Source: Callorhinchus milii
Taxonomy: Eukaryota
Assembly (NCBI RefSeq): GCF_018977255.1
Contig: NW_024704742.1
Coordinates: forward strand, 54,872,001-54,936,000
Length of the DNA: 64,000 nt
Direction: 5' to 3'
Part shown: positions 34,545 through 48,110 of the stretch, piece after piece
Position numbering within the stretch: the first letter of the stretch is position 1
Layout: every line of letters starts with the position of its first letter
The notes under the pieces: generated by a model
What the model was told of the DNA's origin: nothing
The model's input: the letters and a program-made list of their open reading frames with translations, nothing else
Databases searched by the model: none
Program-made: the position numbers and the translations under genes

Positions 34545-34660
34545 TACAGCTGATGGACATCCATTCCCTGCCAAGCCTTTACGAGATTCCCAGAATCACC
34601 TACTCGGCAGTGGTCACACATGGTCTGAAGGAGCTTCTGATGATGAGAAGAGCAAGCTTG
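34545..34660 (+). CDS. ZDHHC2: ZDHHC2 coding exon 11
   Basis: tgacAG|...|GTtagt, 116 nt; TADGHPFPAKPLRDSQNHLLGSGHTWSEGASDDEKSKL(G); retains the SxxxLL sorting motif (SQNHLL). Confidence 0.92.
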
Positions 34661-35376
34661 GTTAGTATACATTAACATTTTATAATTTGCATTAACCACA
34701 CAAATCTTCATAATATTGCTTTGAGAAAAATAAAGCCTGTTAGGGAACAGGTAACATTATTTTATAGACAGAGGGAGATATATTATTCAACCATCGCCCA
34801 TGACTGTCAGTTATAATTTACATGTCAGTGATTTCAAACGTTTGAGAAGAGAATACGCAGCAAGAGACAGTCATGTTTTTGTCATGAAATTTAAATTAAA
34901 AAAAACTTTTTGCAACTTTTTTAACCAAAGTCTCATCTCCTTCAGTATAACTATTTTACTGGATCAATATTTGATAGGCATCTGGCTCCCTTGTCATGTG
35001 CAAACCCATCACAGTAATTCTTGGTGAGCTGTTATACTGTGGAGCTGAGCATGATCCTGTCCACATTTGACATCTACACACACGCACCTTCCAAGCGTCT
35101 TGGATAGCAATTAGGACCAGACCTTGGCTGATTTTCCCCTCCCTAATATAGGAGCAATGACAGGATTGCCAGAAATCAAAATACATTTGTAGCCCAAAGT
35201 CAACCAATTAATAATAAACAAATTAATAATAATCCTTACATGTGATAGAGCGTCTTATCATGACTTTGAGACATCTCAAAGCGCTTCACAGGATAAACTA
35301 TAAAGTGAATTGACTGTATATTTTGTGGGCAAAATACTCACTCAAAAGTAGACCAATATTATGCCTTGCCTACAAT

Positions 35377-35703
35377 GGAGTCCTGTAGCTCAGTGGTTAG
35401 AGCACTCGCTTTGCAAGCGAGAGACCTGAGTTCAATTCCAGGCAGGTCAGGGCGAAACCTTAGGCAAGTTTCCTTACTCCACACGCCTAATAATAATCCC
35501 TCCAAAACCAAAAACAATAATAAATTGGTCATTTTCAATCTACGACTGTTTGTGGTACATTGCTGTGCGCAATTGGCTGCCGCGTTCGCCCACAAATATA
35601 CAGTCAATTCACTTTACAGTGTGTTCTGTGAAGCGCTTTGGGACGTCCTCCCGACGTGAAAAGCGCTATATCAAATGCAAGGATTATTATTATTATTATT
35701 ATA
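35377..35703 (+). mobile_element. tRNA-Ala-headed SINE, young subfamily
   Basis: Nearly identical to 4104-4420; (ATT)n tail. Confidence 0.93.
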
Positions 35704-36545
35704 ATGGATAACAGTGATCAATTTAGGTTTGTGCTTTTGAAATAGTGTAAGAAATGGTCTTCAACGGAAAAAACACACACGTGTTGCAGGTTTAAATTAA
35801 AATTTTAAAAGTTTGGCACCCGCCCAAAGTGTTTTTTTCACATACAGTACAACAAAAACATGCCCTGTAATCAATAATAATTAATCTGGCAACATTGGGC
35901 ACTGAGGCCAACCCTGGCACCCAAACTGCTGCCACAACTAAAATCAAGTAACTCAGCACAGACTGGAATTCTAACCTGCAAGCCTAACGTCTGCATGACC
36001 TACTAACACTTTGTGCCTTTAACCATGTGGTCTTCGGGGAGCTCATTTGGCAACTATTGAGGAATTTATTTATTATCAATTACCTTCTCAGGGTTGAATG
36101 TGTTGATCTTTTGCTTATAAGATACATACTTCGCAATAAAAGTCCTGTAAAATCTTGAGATGTCTCGACAAGCTGATGAAGCACTATATCAAATGCAAGG
36201 ATTATTACTATCTTTTGCAATCTTTCAATTACAAACATAGATGACTTCTGGGTTGTAAGGTCACCAAACGTGTCACATCCTGCATGTTGCACATGTACAT
36301 AATGTGCAGACATCTCCATTAACATCACTTCTTGGAATGCACAAGAACTGTAGAGACTCTACAACCCAGTCAGCCATCTTCCTAGTTCAAAACCATAAAC
36401 AATATGTAAAAATAACTCCACTATGGAAATCTGTTTTCGTCATTGTGTAGAAAAATTGGAAAACCAATGAATACTTATTTTTCCAATTAAAAACGGAGAT
36501 TGGCAAGCCAAATTATAATTGTTTTACTTTGTTGTTAATTTCTAG

Positions 36546-36586
36546 GTATGAGTAATCCTGCCATGGTGATAGAGAATGAGACCTAG
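36546..36586 (+). CDS. ZDHHC2: ZDHHC2 last coding exon 12 (exon continues to donor after 36621)
   Basis: tttctAG|GT ATG AGT AAT CCT GCC ATG GTG ATA GAG AAT GAG ACC TAG = GMSNPAMVIENET*, cf. ZDHHC2 C-terminus GMSNPALTMENET; GTAAGT donor at 36622. Confidence 0.95.
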
Positions 36587-37795
36587 ATACTCATGATGCA
36601 AACATGCAACAGCTGAGAAATGTAAGTTTGAAAGCAAAATGGTGTTACATCTTGTGTAGCCCATTATTAGATAACACCTCTGTTTCTAACCCTGCAACAT
36701 TAACAGAAAGCAGAATACTATAGTGTTACAATTCATATCCGTTATCTCCACTATATTGGGCACATAGTCAGCTTTGTGGAACTGAGAAGCCCAGAGCTTT
36801 ACTCTGACCAGCACGTTGCTATGAAGAATTGAGTTGTTTAGTTACCTGGTTGAGTTCTCTATTTACAACACCATATTATAAATGACTGCATCACTGTGTA
36901 CACATTTTATAACGTTTCACTATTCATTTCCTATGTTTTTCTATTAGCCTGCCCAGTAACCCATAATTTCCCTTGATTTCATTTCAGTTAGTGCCTGTAC
37001 TTCCATCTGATCAATAAAGTGATAGATGACTGGATAATTCCTGTTGAAATTGGGGGAATTTTGTAAGTTGACAACAACAGTAACAAAAACTTACAATTGT
37101 ATAGCACCTTTCACGTCAGAAGATGTCCCGATAGGAAAATGAATATTTGAGTTTCATGTTTTTTTCACTGTACGGGAATAACAGGGAGCTGAAATGGGTA
37201 AAGTGTTGTTAATGTGTTAAGAGAGTTGAATACCTGACTCTAAATAGTGCCATAGCATCCTGCAGCATTGAGTTCAGAAGTCAGTCTAACATTTTACTGC
37301 AAATTCTATTAATCATGATAACATCAACACAGAAGCATTGCACAAATATAGATATGTGTTACTGCAATGTTGGCATTCTGGGCTGGAGCTTTTTTTTACA
37401 GGCATGAATTGTGTGTAAAATTCCAATAGCATGGTAATGAGCATTGATATTAGCCACTGGGAACACTGTAGAACATACACACGCACACACACTAAAATAA
37501 AATGTGTCAGAAAGAGGCAGCAGGAGCACCGGCAGCAATGAGCACTCAGGCAGGAGGAATGCTAATTGCAAAGCGCAAGAATTACAGCTGAACTCAGAGT
37601 GAAAAGGTTAAAGTATTCAAGTCTGAAAGAAAATGTGTCCTTGATATTCTGGGATTCAGCTGCTATCTTAGCTGAGGAAGGAAAAAAAGTTACAAACAAA
37701 CTGGAACAACTTAAAATGGAGGGTAAGCAGTGACTGACCAAAGCAACCATAGTCACATCGGCAGAAAAAATAAAGGAACCGTCTATAGCCTAGAT

Positions 37796-38074
37796 TGGTG
37801 GTTTCCAATCGTTTTGGTCGGCTAACAAAATACATTTTCTTGATTGAATATTTCTTGAATTGTGCCATGAATCTAGAAATATTCAATCAAGAAAAATTTG
37901 GAAACACAATGAACATGGACTTAATAATAATAATCCTTGCATTTGAGACATCTCAAAGCGCTTCACAGGATACATTGTAAAGTGGATTCACTGTATTTTG
38001 TGGGCGAAACGCACCTAGACTAATGCGAATATTCAAAGGGGCTGCTTCTTGATGGCGAAGTTTGGCCGGCACTG
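37796..38074. mobile_element. Decayed hAT (Charlie-type) MITE with nested SINE fragment
   Basis: 8-bp flanks GCCTAGAT (37788-37795) and GTCTAGAT (38075-38082) fit the NTCTAGAN target; ends tggtggtttccaa...tttggccggCACTG; SINE tail at ~37921-38010. Confidence 0.45.
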
Positions 38075-38527
38075 GTCTAGATGGTAGGAACCTAAGAGGA
38101 GAAGAAGAACAAAGAGAGACATGGGGAATCAGATCCACAAATCTCTAAAAGTAGCTACACAAGGAATAAGGCTACAAAAAGGGCCAATGGGATCTTGGGC
38201 TTTTATCCAGAGGGATAGAATATAAAAGTGAGGAAGTGATGTTGAATTTACTATCATTGTGACTTATTAGTTTCATGTTAATGTTCATGAATTCAGATAC
38301 ATATGTACACAAATAGCCAGCAAACACACTTGATAGCAATTACCGGTGAAGCACATTGAGATTTTTCGATGGTATGGACACAATATCAAAAACAAGCATT
38401 ATTATTATGTTGAGATTTATATTTCTTCAGTTTTTCTTATTTTTTTTCTTAAATACTTTTATTGCTTGGAAACATCCTTCTGACATGAAAAGCACTGTAC
38501 AAATGTAATTTGTTGTTGTTGTTGCTT

Positions 38528-39406
38528 CCATGCTGGCTCCCAATGTACACAAGACCGAGTCTCTCCTGATTGGCTCTCGTCAGCGCCTCCACACCTCAGG
38601 CACTGACAGTATCAACATCCACGGTTACACACTCCACCTCACCTACCCACTAACCTTGGCGTCTTATTTGACCCTCAACTATCCTTTATACTCCACATCC
38701 GTGCCATGATCTGCTCTGCCTTCCCCACCTCCGGAACATTGCCCGGCTCCGCTACTGTCTCACACCGCAGGCTGCCAAAACCCTCATACACACATTCATA
38801 ACATCGAGGCTTAACTATGCAAACTCCCTGCTTGTCGGCCTCCCCAACTCCTCCCTCCATAGGCTGCAGATCATCCAGAACTCTGCAGCCTGTGTCCTCT
38901 CCGGCACCAAGTTCTGCAACCTTATCACCCCCATCCTCGCCCGACTCCACCGGCTTCACATCACACAGAGAATACAGTTCAAGATCCTGGTCCTCACCTT
39001 CAAAACCCTCCATGGCCTTGCTCCCCCTTATTTTTGGGACCTCCTAAACCCTACCATCTTGCTCACTCCCTCCGCTCAGCGGGCTCTAGCCTGCTTCACT
39101 CCCCCCCCCCCCCCCCCCCGGCTCAACCACACCGCCTTTGGCAGGCGAGCCTTCAACCACTCTTTCCTCCACCCTCTGAAACTCCATCCCGCAGTCCCTT
39201 CGCCTTGCCCCCTCCTTTGCCTCCTTCAAGAACCATCTCAAAACCTTCCTCTTTGACCATGCCTTCGATCGCTCTCATTCCCCCCCCTGCCCTCCACCCT
39301 CCCCGATCCCGACTCCCAGCTCGGGTCCGAAACACTGACTGTCCAGCGCCTTGCGACATCCTCCCAACATGAAAGGCATTATACAAATGTAATTTTGTTG
39401 TTGTTG
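38528..39406 (+). mobile_element. L2-clade LINE 3' portion
   Basis: Colinear with ~59640-60486; (TTG)n tail. Confidence 0.9.
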
Positions 39407-41204
39407 ATCCCAAATGCCAACTTGGGTGTGGATCCTTGATTGTCCCGTGTCTTGGTACATCCTCCTGATGTGAAAGGAGCTATACAGATTTAATTTGTTG
39501 TTGTTGATATATCTGCACTGGAGTATCTTCCGAGTTTCCAGAGCCCCCCCCCCCCCCCCAAGCCCCACCATGTCGAAAGTATGTCATCAGCAAATCCACT
39601 CCCTGGATTGCAAATCAGCCAATCCAGACACAGCCCTTTTCCAACTGCTCAGAGCCATAACAGCTGGCTTCATGCAAAGATTATTTTAATCTCTCCTGAA
39701 GAGCATAGCACCGGCAACTCTGACACTGGAAGATTATAAGAATGAGGGATGAAGCAAGGGCTGGTCTTCCCACTTGTCTTATTCTTTACAAATTGTTCCT
39801 CTTTCGTATATTTATAGTCCAACCCTCCTTTTGAGTTTCTCTTCCCGATTCAGAGATCAAAAAAGTATGATCAATTTTCCTGACTTTTTGTTCAGAAACC
39901 ATCTATGTTGCACTACATGTTGATGGATGGGAATGGAGAGCACAGTATGACATGTAGGAGGCTATCATATTTAATACTTAAACAAGATTTAATGCTTATT
40001 GTCCTCATTGGATATTCTAGGCTAAGCCATAGTTTATGGAAGACAAACTAATCTTAGTAAAAAGGGCACAGTGAATGTAATTCATTTACATTCTTCTATT
40101 TTAGTTCTCCCACAAAATATACAGTTATTTCACTTTATATTCTGTGAAGCGCTTTGAGCTGTCTTGAAGATGTGATAAGGCGCTATATCAAATGTGAGAA
40201 TTATTATTGTATTATTACTTATTTTTGACAATAATAAACAATATTAAATCTAAATCAAATATTGACTTCCAAAATCTACCTTTTTCTTTTGTTTCAGTAG
40301 TTGTTTTAACCTTTGAAGTTAAACCACATTCTATGGTTTGTCTTCATTTTTCAAGCAAACATGTGCCAGAGCACTTGTCCTCTCAAGAATTGCTTTAAAA
40401 AAAATGAGAGCACAAGCACATGTATTGATTGGTTAAGTTGCTGAATATGTGAGCATGCGGATGTGGTAGAGAAGTGATGATTGAGGATGGCCTTGTGCAA
40501 ATCCTTATTAGTCTAGTTTCTGAACACTCTTTAGGTTTTCCTTATCCACTTGGACAGATCAACAATAATGAAAATTGTGCAGAATGCACAAAGTGGCGAA
40601 AGACTGCAGATCTTCTTTTAAGATTCTATTGTGATTTGCACCTAATGAAATCCAAACACCTAAATCCCATTTTGTTTAAATATCAACCTTACCCTTCATT
40701 TCTGCCTTTGTCCTTGAGGCCCACCCAGACGTTCTCAGTTTATAGCAAAAGATGATTTGGCACTGAATGGCTTATGTCATTACACTCCTAGAAAAGGGAG
40801 ATTGACATCAACTTGATACTAACATTTTAAAAAATACAGATACTGACACTTGCACAACTATTGCTTCAATTGGTATTGAGAAATCATTTCTGGTTGGTTG
40901 GTACACAGATCATAATGCCAGCTCGACATTCTCAGCATAGATAGGTATGAAGGTACTGTATTAAGACAAGGGGAGAGGACAGCAGTCAAAGGATATCTGC
41001 TTTCTCTGTTTTTGCTAGGGTGTTTTCCCCTGAGCAAAGTGGCAGTGACTGGGAATATTACTTTGTATAACACTGACTGCCTAGCTCTATGATTACTCTA
41101 GCAACAGTCTACTGGGAAAATGAGCAGGTGAGAGCAGTGATCACCTTCAATGCTATTATTATTGCAAGTCTGACATATATGTAGCACATGGTAAGACTGA
41201 TTTA

Positions 41205-41572
41205 TAACAATGATCCTTGCATTTGATATAGTGTCTGTAACGTCAGGAACATCTCAACGTGCTTCACAATTGTTTTGTAAAGAGTAGTGACTATGTATTT
41301 GTAGGCGAACACATTTATAGACAAACACAAACATAAAGAAAACAACCAATTTTATCCGTAGGATTTTAAGCCAGGATACTAGGAGAAACTCTGTCCTTTT
41401 TGGAGTAGTATAATGGGATCTTTAATCATCCAAATGACAGCTTCTCCAAAAATGCAATGCTTCCTCCAGCCCTGCACTGCATTACCAGCCAAGATTGTGA
41501 GCTCAAGGTTACAACATGTTGCTTAAACCTACAAACTTCTGACCCAGAGATGAAAGTACTAAGCCAGGCTGA
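41205..41572 (-). mobile_element. Older Deu-domain SINE (degenerate)
   Basis: Reverse complement of the same layout, ending TAAGCCAGGCTGAC. Confidence 0.7.
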
Positions 41573-43457
41573 CACAAACTTAAATATAAAATACAGAATA
41601 ATGCAATGCCAATTTTGAAGGTTGAATCTTTTTACTGATTTCTGGTATTGATCTTGAAACTGATGGAAAAAAAACAATTGTTTTACAGATGATTTACTCC
41701 AGTTCAGAGGCGAGGGCAAACCTCCATTTTTTAATAAAAAGAGACATTTTTAATACATTTCACACTTATGTACATCTTAAACAATTGCTATTGGTTCAAA
41801 CTCAATCTAATTTACATAAGTGTGAAAAGCATTAAAATACAAAATGTGCTCAATGCTAAATGCCCTGAAATACAATACAGAGCACAAAATGCATTATTAC
41901 ATTGGCATTGGAACGGAGTCTCTAATGTTAGAGCAAATGCCACAATTCTTAAAGTAATACATTTAATGCTATTGCAGTATCTTGTGTCATTTCATGAATC
42001 ATACAATTAACAGGGTTATAAACTGTATATAAACAATCAAAGTGTTGTTACACTAAATGACAAGGGATATGAATGATGTTAATTTATGGCAATCAAATAA
42101 CGAAGACAAAATAGCAGGATAGTGTTTTTTTATAACAGCCCTCAGGAGAAATTAAACATTGAAGAAAATTTCTTCCTATGCAAAAATAATACATTTTAAC
42201 TTGTATTGAAATGTTACGTTGAATAATAATTACCTACAATGGAGACATGTAGTCAGATCATCAGAAAAACATTGTTGGGATTACTGAGTTTCAGTTCCTC
42301 TAATGAGAATTTTTCATAATCCCAAGACTAAAGTAATTTAGTTTTCTAAATGCAGAACTTTGGGGTAAAAGACAGAAGATTATCATGACTCCTTAATTTC
42401 CATTTGTCACATCAACCCTACATCAACCATTGATTGATCTCTTATGATAATATAGCATTTCCACGTTTTACTTCAGATAGCCAGCGTACAGCTTTTCTTT
42501 CTCTCTAACCTGTGCATTTTTCTAAAATATAGAGATAGATTGAAATTTACCTGTGCAAAATTCAGAGTTTCCGTGAAATTTACTGCTAATGAATCTTTGC
42601 TGTATATAATTTTACTTTGACAGCAAGTTTTTGGGCAACTAAACTGTATCCTATCAACGTACCTAAATGTGGTATCTATTCTTCCTCAATTGTTGTTGCA
42701 TTAAAAGGTGTTAATAAATGCCTGAAAATTCTGCTAATGGAAGAAAGCGATGGAGCAGATTGCTAGTGTGAATTCCCAGTCATACATTTATACAATGCTT
42801 AAGCACCAAAGAAAGTTTTTTTGCCTCTGCTGGCGAGTCTCTGCTGATTCCAACTCCACCTCGGTGGCCGTTCTTCAGTCACTGCTCCGAACCTCTGGAA
42901 TTCCCTGCCTCAATTCCGCCTCCTCGGCCCCTCTTTATACATCACGCCTGAAGACCTTCTTCTTCGACCGTACGTATGGTCGTCTCCACTTTCTCCCCTT
43001 CGAAGCGCCAAACTTTGCCATTGTTTAGCACTCCGAGCTGTTACTTCATGTATTATATTAATGCAAGGTGTTGTGGTTGTACTTCCACAGCCAACTGAGG
43101 TAAGGCATTCCATTTTCTATCATTCACTTTGTGTAAAAATAAATACAGGGACATTTCCATTTAGAAGGTAGTAAATATATGTGGAACATTCAGCCTAGTT
43201 CAGATACTCCCAAGCATGATGATGGATTGCTGCACGTGTCGGACACCCAGCCAACCAAAAACAAAGCCTATTTTGAACTCCACCAGTTTTCTTCTGATGA
43301 TTACCTTCAATGTACTCTTCCCCTGACTATGATAAAAAATGGATGACGTATAATGCAAGCCAGTCTTTTTTAGAATTCAACCCACCTTGGAGAAGAATGA
43401 TCTGTTCAATTGTGATTGTATGAAAATCTAAACTCATTGTATCTGTTCTAGTCCTAG

Positions 43458-45325
43458 GTGTAGCTGCTTATGGAGAAAATTCTGAGAAGAAATGTTCTCC
43501 AAGATCCAACCTTCACCTGCCCACCATCCTCATCAGATGTTTGTGCCTCTGTGGGCATGCTCCAAAGGATGCATTTCCCTAAGCAATTGGCTTTTCTCAT
43601 TTCACTGCTTAAGAAAACATTGAAGACATCGATTCAGTTACCCTTAATGTACAATAGGGGGTTTAATTCAATGCTGAATGCATCTGCTTGACAAAACATG
43701 CTTAATGTTTACAGCAATCGGCATCGCCGCAGGTATGCGTATACTGAGGAAAATGTGGCACTGTAACCTACCCGCCCACTGCTACTTTGCTAAACTATCT
43801 GGTTGTTCTCCTGCTGATAGTATAGTAATTGTCTTGATTCTATGTCATGTCAAATTACATGTGTGGGCTTACTTGCACATATTTCTTCAGTATGAAGTGA
43901 CGACATATGTTACAGTGAAATTGAAATGCTCCACTTAAGAGACAGAGAAAACTAAGCTTAGAAACTTTAAGGTGACAAATTTAAAATGATTGATGTTTAT
44001 ATATGTGTAAGGGGAAGTGATGAGAAAACAATATTGGGCAATATTGTTTCCTGCATTTCATTCCATAGGTTTAATCACCAGTTGTTAGCAAAGTGGGATA
44101 ATCTAGTGCAGAAGAACAAACAGTTATTCTAAAAGACATTGTCGGCCTGCAGTACTGTGTGCTATGCTTTGGTTGTTATGCCGGGTCCACTCATTTGATT
44201 CATTTCCGTAAAAATTGTGTAAACGTAGGTGGAGCTCTCACCCCGTGGCCAATTTCTAGACCACAAAAATCCGCTCTGTACAAAAATGACAGAGTCAGCA
44301 TGATGCCAAACCTGCAGTATGCATGACATTATAAAACTCCATCGCCGTGAGTGAATGGTGCGCACGGTGCCTTTTGTGTCATTTAAATATCACAAATGGA
44401 ATGTCATCATTTTCATGGTTAACACAAATGGACTACAAATAGGAAAAACAGACTTTAGTGGAAAGAAGGAGTAGTGTAAGCACAAGTTGCCAAGTTGCAG
44501 TGCCTTCATCAAAAGTTCGGCTCAGTGTTTAAAGCATTTGAAACAAATTGTATCTTGCTAGTTTATGTTTCAGAATGCCAAATGCCCGCCTGTGATTTTA
44601 TTTTTTAATTGTTTACAGAAATAACTTATAAGATTTGCTGAGATGTTGATAGAGTAAAAGGCTTTAACTGCACAATGGATATTGAAATACCATTCTGTAC
44701 CTTAACAGTGTTTTTTCTGAGTTCAATTGAAGATATACAAATTACAGTATTTAGTTTGTTTGGTGCAATTTAAAACTATGTACCAAAAAGTGAAATCTGC
44801 ACTTCTTAGGGCAGTTCAATGAAGCATGTTGTACAACATGGCAACACTGATCTTATTATTTCAGCTGGTTCTAGAGAAAATGGAAAGATTTCTTGATAGT
44901 GTAAGGTTGGAATGGGAATTCCAAGTATTCATTTATTTTTTTAAAAAAACGAATCCAAAGACAGATTTAAATGGAAACAACATTGTTGGTGTTATTCAGG
45001 TAAATGAATACATTGGTAAGAAGAATGGAGGGTCACAGTGCAACGTTTTCAAGAGTGTTTTACAGAGGCATTTTGTAGTGTACAGGTTTTTTTAAAAAAA
45101 CTGTGTGGCTTAACAGCTGTGTCCCATATATCTTCTCAAGTGTTGTTGAAGATGGTGGATTAAACTATTCTCTCAATTTATAAGTAATATTATCTAGGAA
45201 ATCTTAGTGTTTCTAAAGACAAACTTTCATCATTTGTACTCCAGTAAAGGAACTTTTATTGCATTTTATTTCCCAGTAGCGTACATAAGAAACTCAGTGC
45301 AATAAAAGATATTGTATAATGTTTG
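43458..45325 (+). other. ZDHHC2: Probable ZDHHC2 terminal 3'UTR exon
   Basis: Acceptor ctgttctagtcctAG at 43456-43457, followed by ~1.9 kb with no recognisable repeats (flanks are repeat-dense) and AATAAA at 45301-45306. Chosen among several candidate acceptors; not proven. Confidence 0.45.
45301..45306 (+). terminator. Candidate ZDHHC2 polyadenylation signal AATAAA
   Basis: AATAAA preceded by U-rich/UGUA elements and followed by GT-rich sequence (tgtttgt). Confidence 0.4.
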
Positions 45326-47949
45326 TATCGCCCCAATGAAGGAACATAAATGGTGAAAAAATACTGTTACAATGGCCACCAAAAATGTAATGAAATATTA
45401 GTAAAATCTACCATCTAGTGTTTAGCACAGGGGGAAATGAGATACTATTGTGAGAAATGTTTATGCTGATTAATTGATTCTCTTTTTAAATCTTCATAAT
45501 GTAATTTATCACAGTGAAGCTGCAACATATTGCATCAAAAAGTGGTGATTCTGTCAAAACACAGGATTATTTAAAGTACACTTAAATCTACACCAACCTT
45601 CCAAATCTGTGTCCTCATCATTACAGCAGTTCCTCATAAAAAAAATTAAAGAAACAAAGGATGGAGATCAATGTGAAATTAAGCTTATGCCATTTTATTC
45701 ATTAAATAATATGAAGGATGTACATCTCTCAATCCCAAAGCATAAATTTTCTATGATGTACATATCCTGCCTTCCACAAGCCTATACGGAAACTTTACTT
45801 AAAAGCAAAAAGCACAGAATGAGGAAAGGCCATTCAGCCCATCCGTTCCACAGACTATTCAACCCAACTCATCCCTTCCACAGTACTGTTGTGGTATTAA
45901 CCTTTTATCTTTTAATGAGAGCTTTGTAGATTTCTTTCTGCAAGCCAAATTCTCGAGGGCAGTACATCCTACTGCGAGCAAATTAGTGTTGCACTTAAAA
46001 GACAGAAGCTTGAGCTCTTTTGAGTACCATTTTCTGGGCTGTGTTCTGGCACTTGTGATGTATTGTTTCTGAGCAGCAAGCTTTGATTTATACCAAGTTC
46101 CAGTTTAAGATTAGCACTAACTCCAGGAAGACCTTTTCATGCCAGTTTGTGGCACATTTTGTACTTTCCATCAAAGCAATTATTTTTGCAGTCAGCTAGT
46201 AGCTGTAATTCTTGAAAAAGTAGGATTAAGGTTAGAAAACTTCAGATGTGCCTGTTACAAAGAACTTTGGTGAGGACATATTTTGAATATTTGGGTCAAT
46301 TTTACATCATGCGTCAACAACGTGTCATGCACAATGTGGAAACTATAAATTCATGCACACTATTGGCAACTGTATTGCTTATTGATACATCATAAGGACA
46401 CCTATAATTCCACATCTTTTCCAATGGGAAGGTGAATTTAGATATTGGAGAATATATTGATATGTTGGAGAGTTTAGTAAAATACAACAAGAGAACTTAA
46501 TTATAAGCAATGAAGAGGATTTAATTTAACTCAATTTACATTCATGATATAAAGTGATATAACTTCTCTAACTTAATAATAAATTGTTAGATGATATGTG
46601 GTTGTAAACAGAATTGAAGGTTACAAGAATAAGTACAAATAGAGGCGATCCAGTCCCAAGTGGAGCATAATACAACACAAAATTACATTCATTTAGCGCC
46701 TTTCATGTCGAGAGGACATCACAATGATGAATGATGCTGCTTGAAATCTGAAAATGTAATGCTAGAGAAGGCAACCCTTATGGATAAGCAATATAGAATG
46801 AAGCTAAATAGATGCTCTGGAGTTTTATCTTTCAAATAGAAAAACACTTCACAGAACCATTCCACAGATAGTATATGGTAGATGGAAGGAATGCGCTCAG
46901 TTTTCATTAACCATTTCTAATATTGTGTTCAATTTTTTCCTTAAACGGTATGAAGCTAAGTGCTTCTACAATGGTATTAGTTTTGAAGAATCACCCATTC
47001 CTTCCACCGACCATATCCAATCTGCTACATGAAAAGATAAATGAAGCAACAAGGAATATTCCTCACTTTGTCATATTTCCTATATTCTCTTGATTTACAA
47101 AAATGTCTTATGCATATGCCATGCTTTGATGCGTGATGCTTTAAACTGAGGATACAATTTCAATGTTTCCTTATTCTAGTTTTTAAAGATTAAAATTGTT
47201 GAAAATTGTTACTTAAATTTCCTTAATAAATCAGAACAATAAACCCTCTAATTCGGCTTTACTAGCTGACTTAGCTGAGGGTATTTTCAATTTCAGTTGA
47301 ATATCTCAGAATACAGTATCTGTATTTACATAGTGATATTATTTATATGCCTCAAGAATGGAAAGTACATAAATTCTAAACAAAAGTCTCTAGGAATTTA
47401 GCAGTTGGATGTATGGCTGAACTTCCTTACTATTGTCTTTGAAGTGATTTGAGATATTTTGATGTTGCAAGCACTATATCAAATATAGGGATAATTATAT
47501 TGTAGATAACTAAAGAACTGCATCGTCCAATAAATAATTGTCCTTTTATGATCCTGAAAACATTATCACTGAGTCACCTGAATATACAGGGTAATTGCTG
47601 GTATAATAGACAAGGTAATCAGTAAAAGTAAAAAAAATCAGGATAATTAAAGAATATTTGAAAACTAACGGTGTTCTTAATTCATGTTGATTGGTTCTGT
47701 CCGGATGACTGATTCTGGACATTTTCTCAGTATCATCATCAGTCAAGGTAAAAAAAATCAATTCCCTCATTAAAATGTACGTGAGCTTATGGCACTGGTG
47801 TTTTTTTTCTAAAGATTCTGTGTTGAGACCAGACCGAGAATAAAACCCTGTTATGGGAGTACATGCATTTTATTTGGAACAAAGTATAAATAATGGGGTT
47901 TTGATAAGACCAATACCTTTCTTCATTTACAAAAAATATCTGGACTCTG

Positions 47950-48110
47950 GTAAGAGACACAATTTCTAAGTTTGTTGATGACACAAAACTAGGGATTGTA
48001 GCTAATAGTGAAGAAGATTGTAAGCAACGGCAGGAGGACCCAGACAGACTATAGATTTGGCAGATGAAATTTAATAAAGAAAAGTATGAATTATAAATTT
48101 TGGGAGAAAA
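47950..48110 (+). mobile_element. CR1 LINE RT fragment
   Basis: Translates ISKFVDDTKLGIVANSEEDCKQRQEDPDRL*IWQMKFNKEKYE, the CR1 FADDTKL...WQMKFN signature. Confidence 0.8.

Noticed and set aside
34545..34549. Alternative acceptor in acAGtacAG at exon 11
   Set aside because: Using the second AG shifts the frame by 5 nt; only the first preserves homology.
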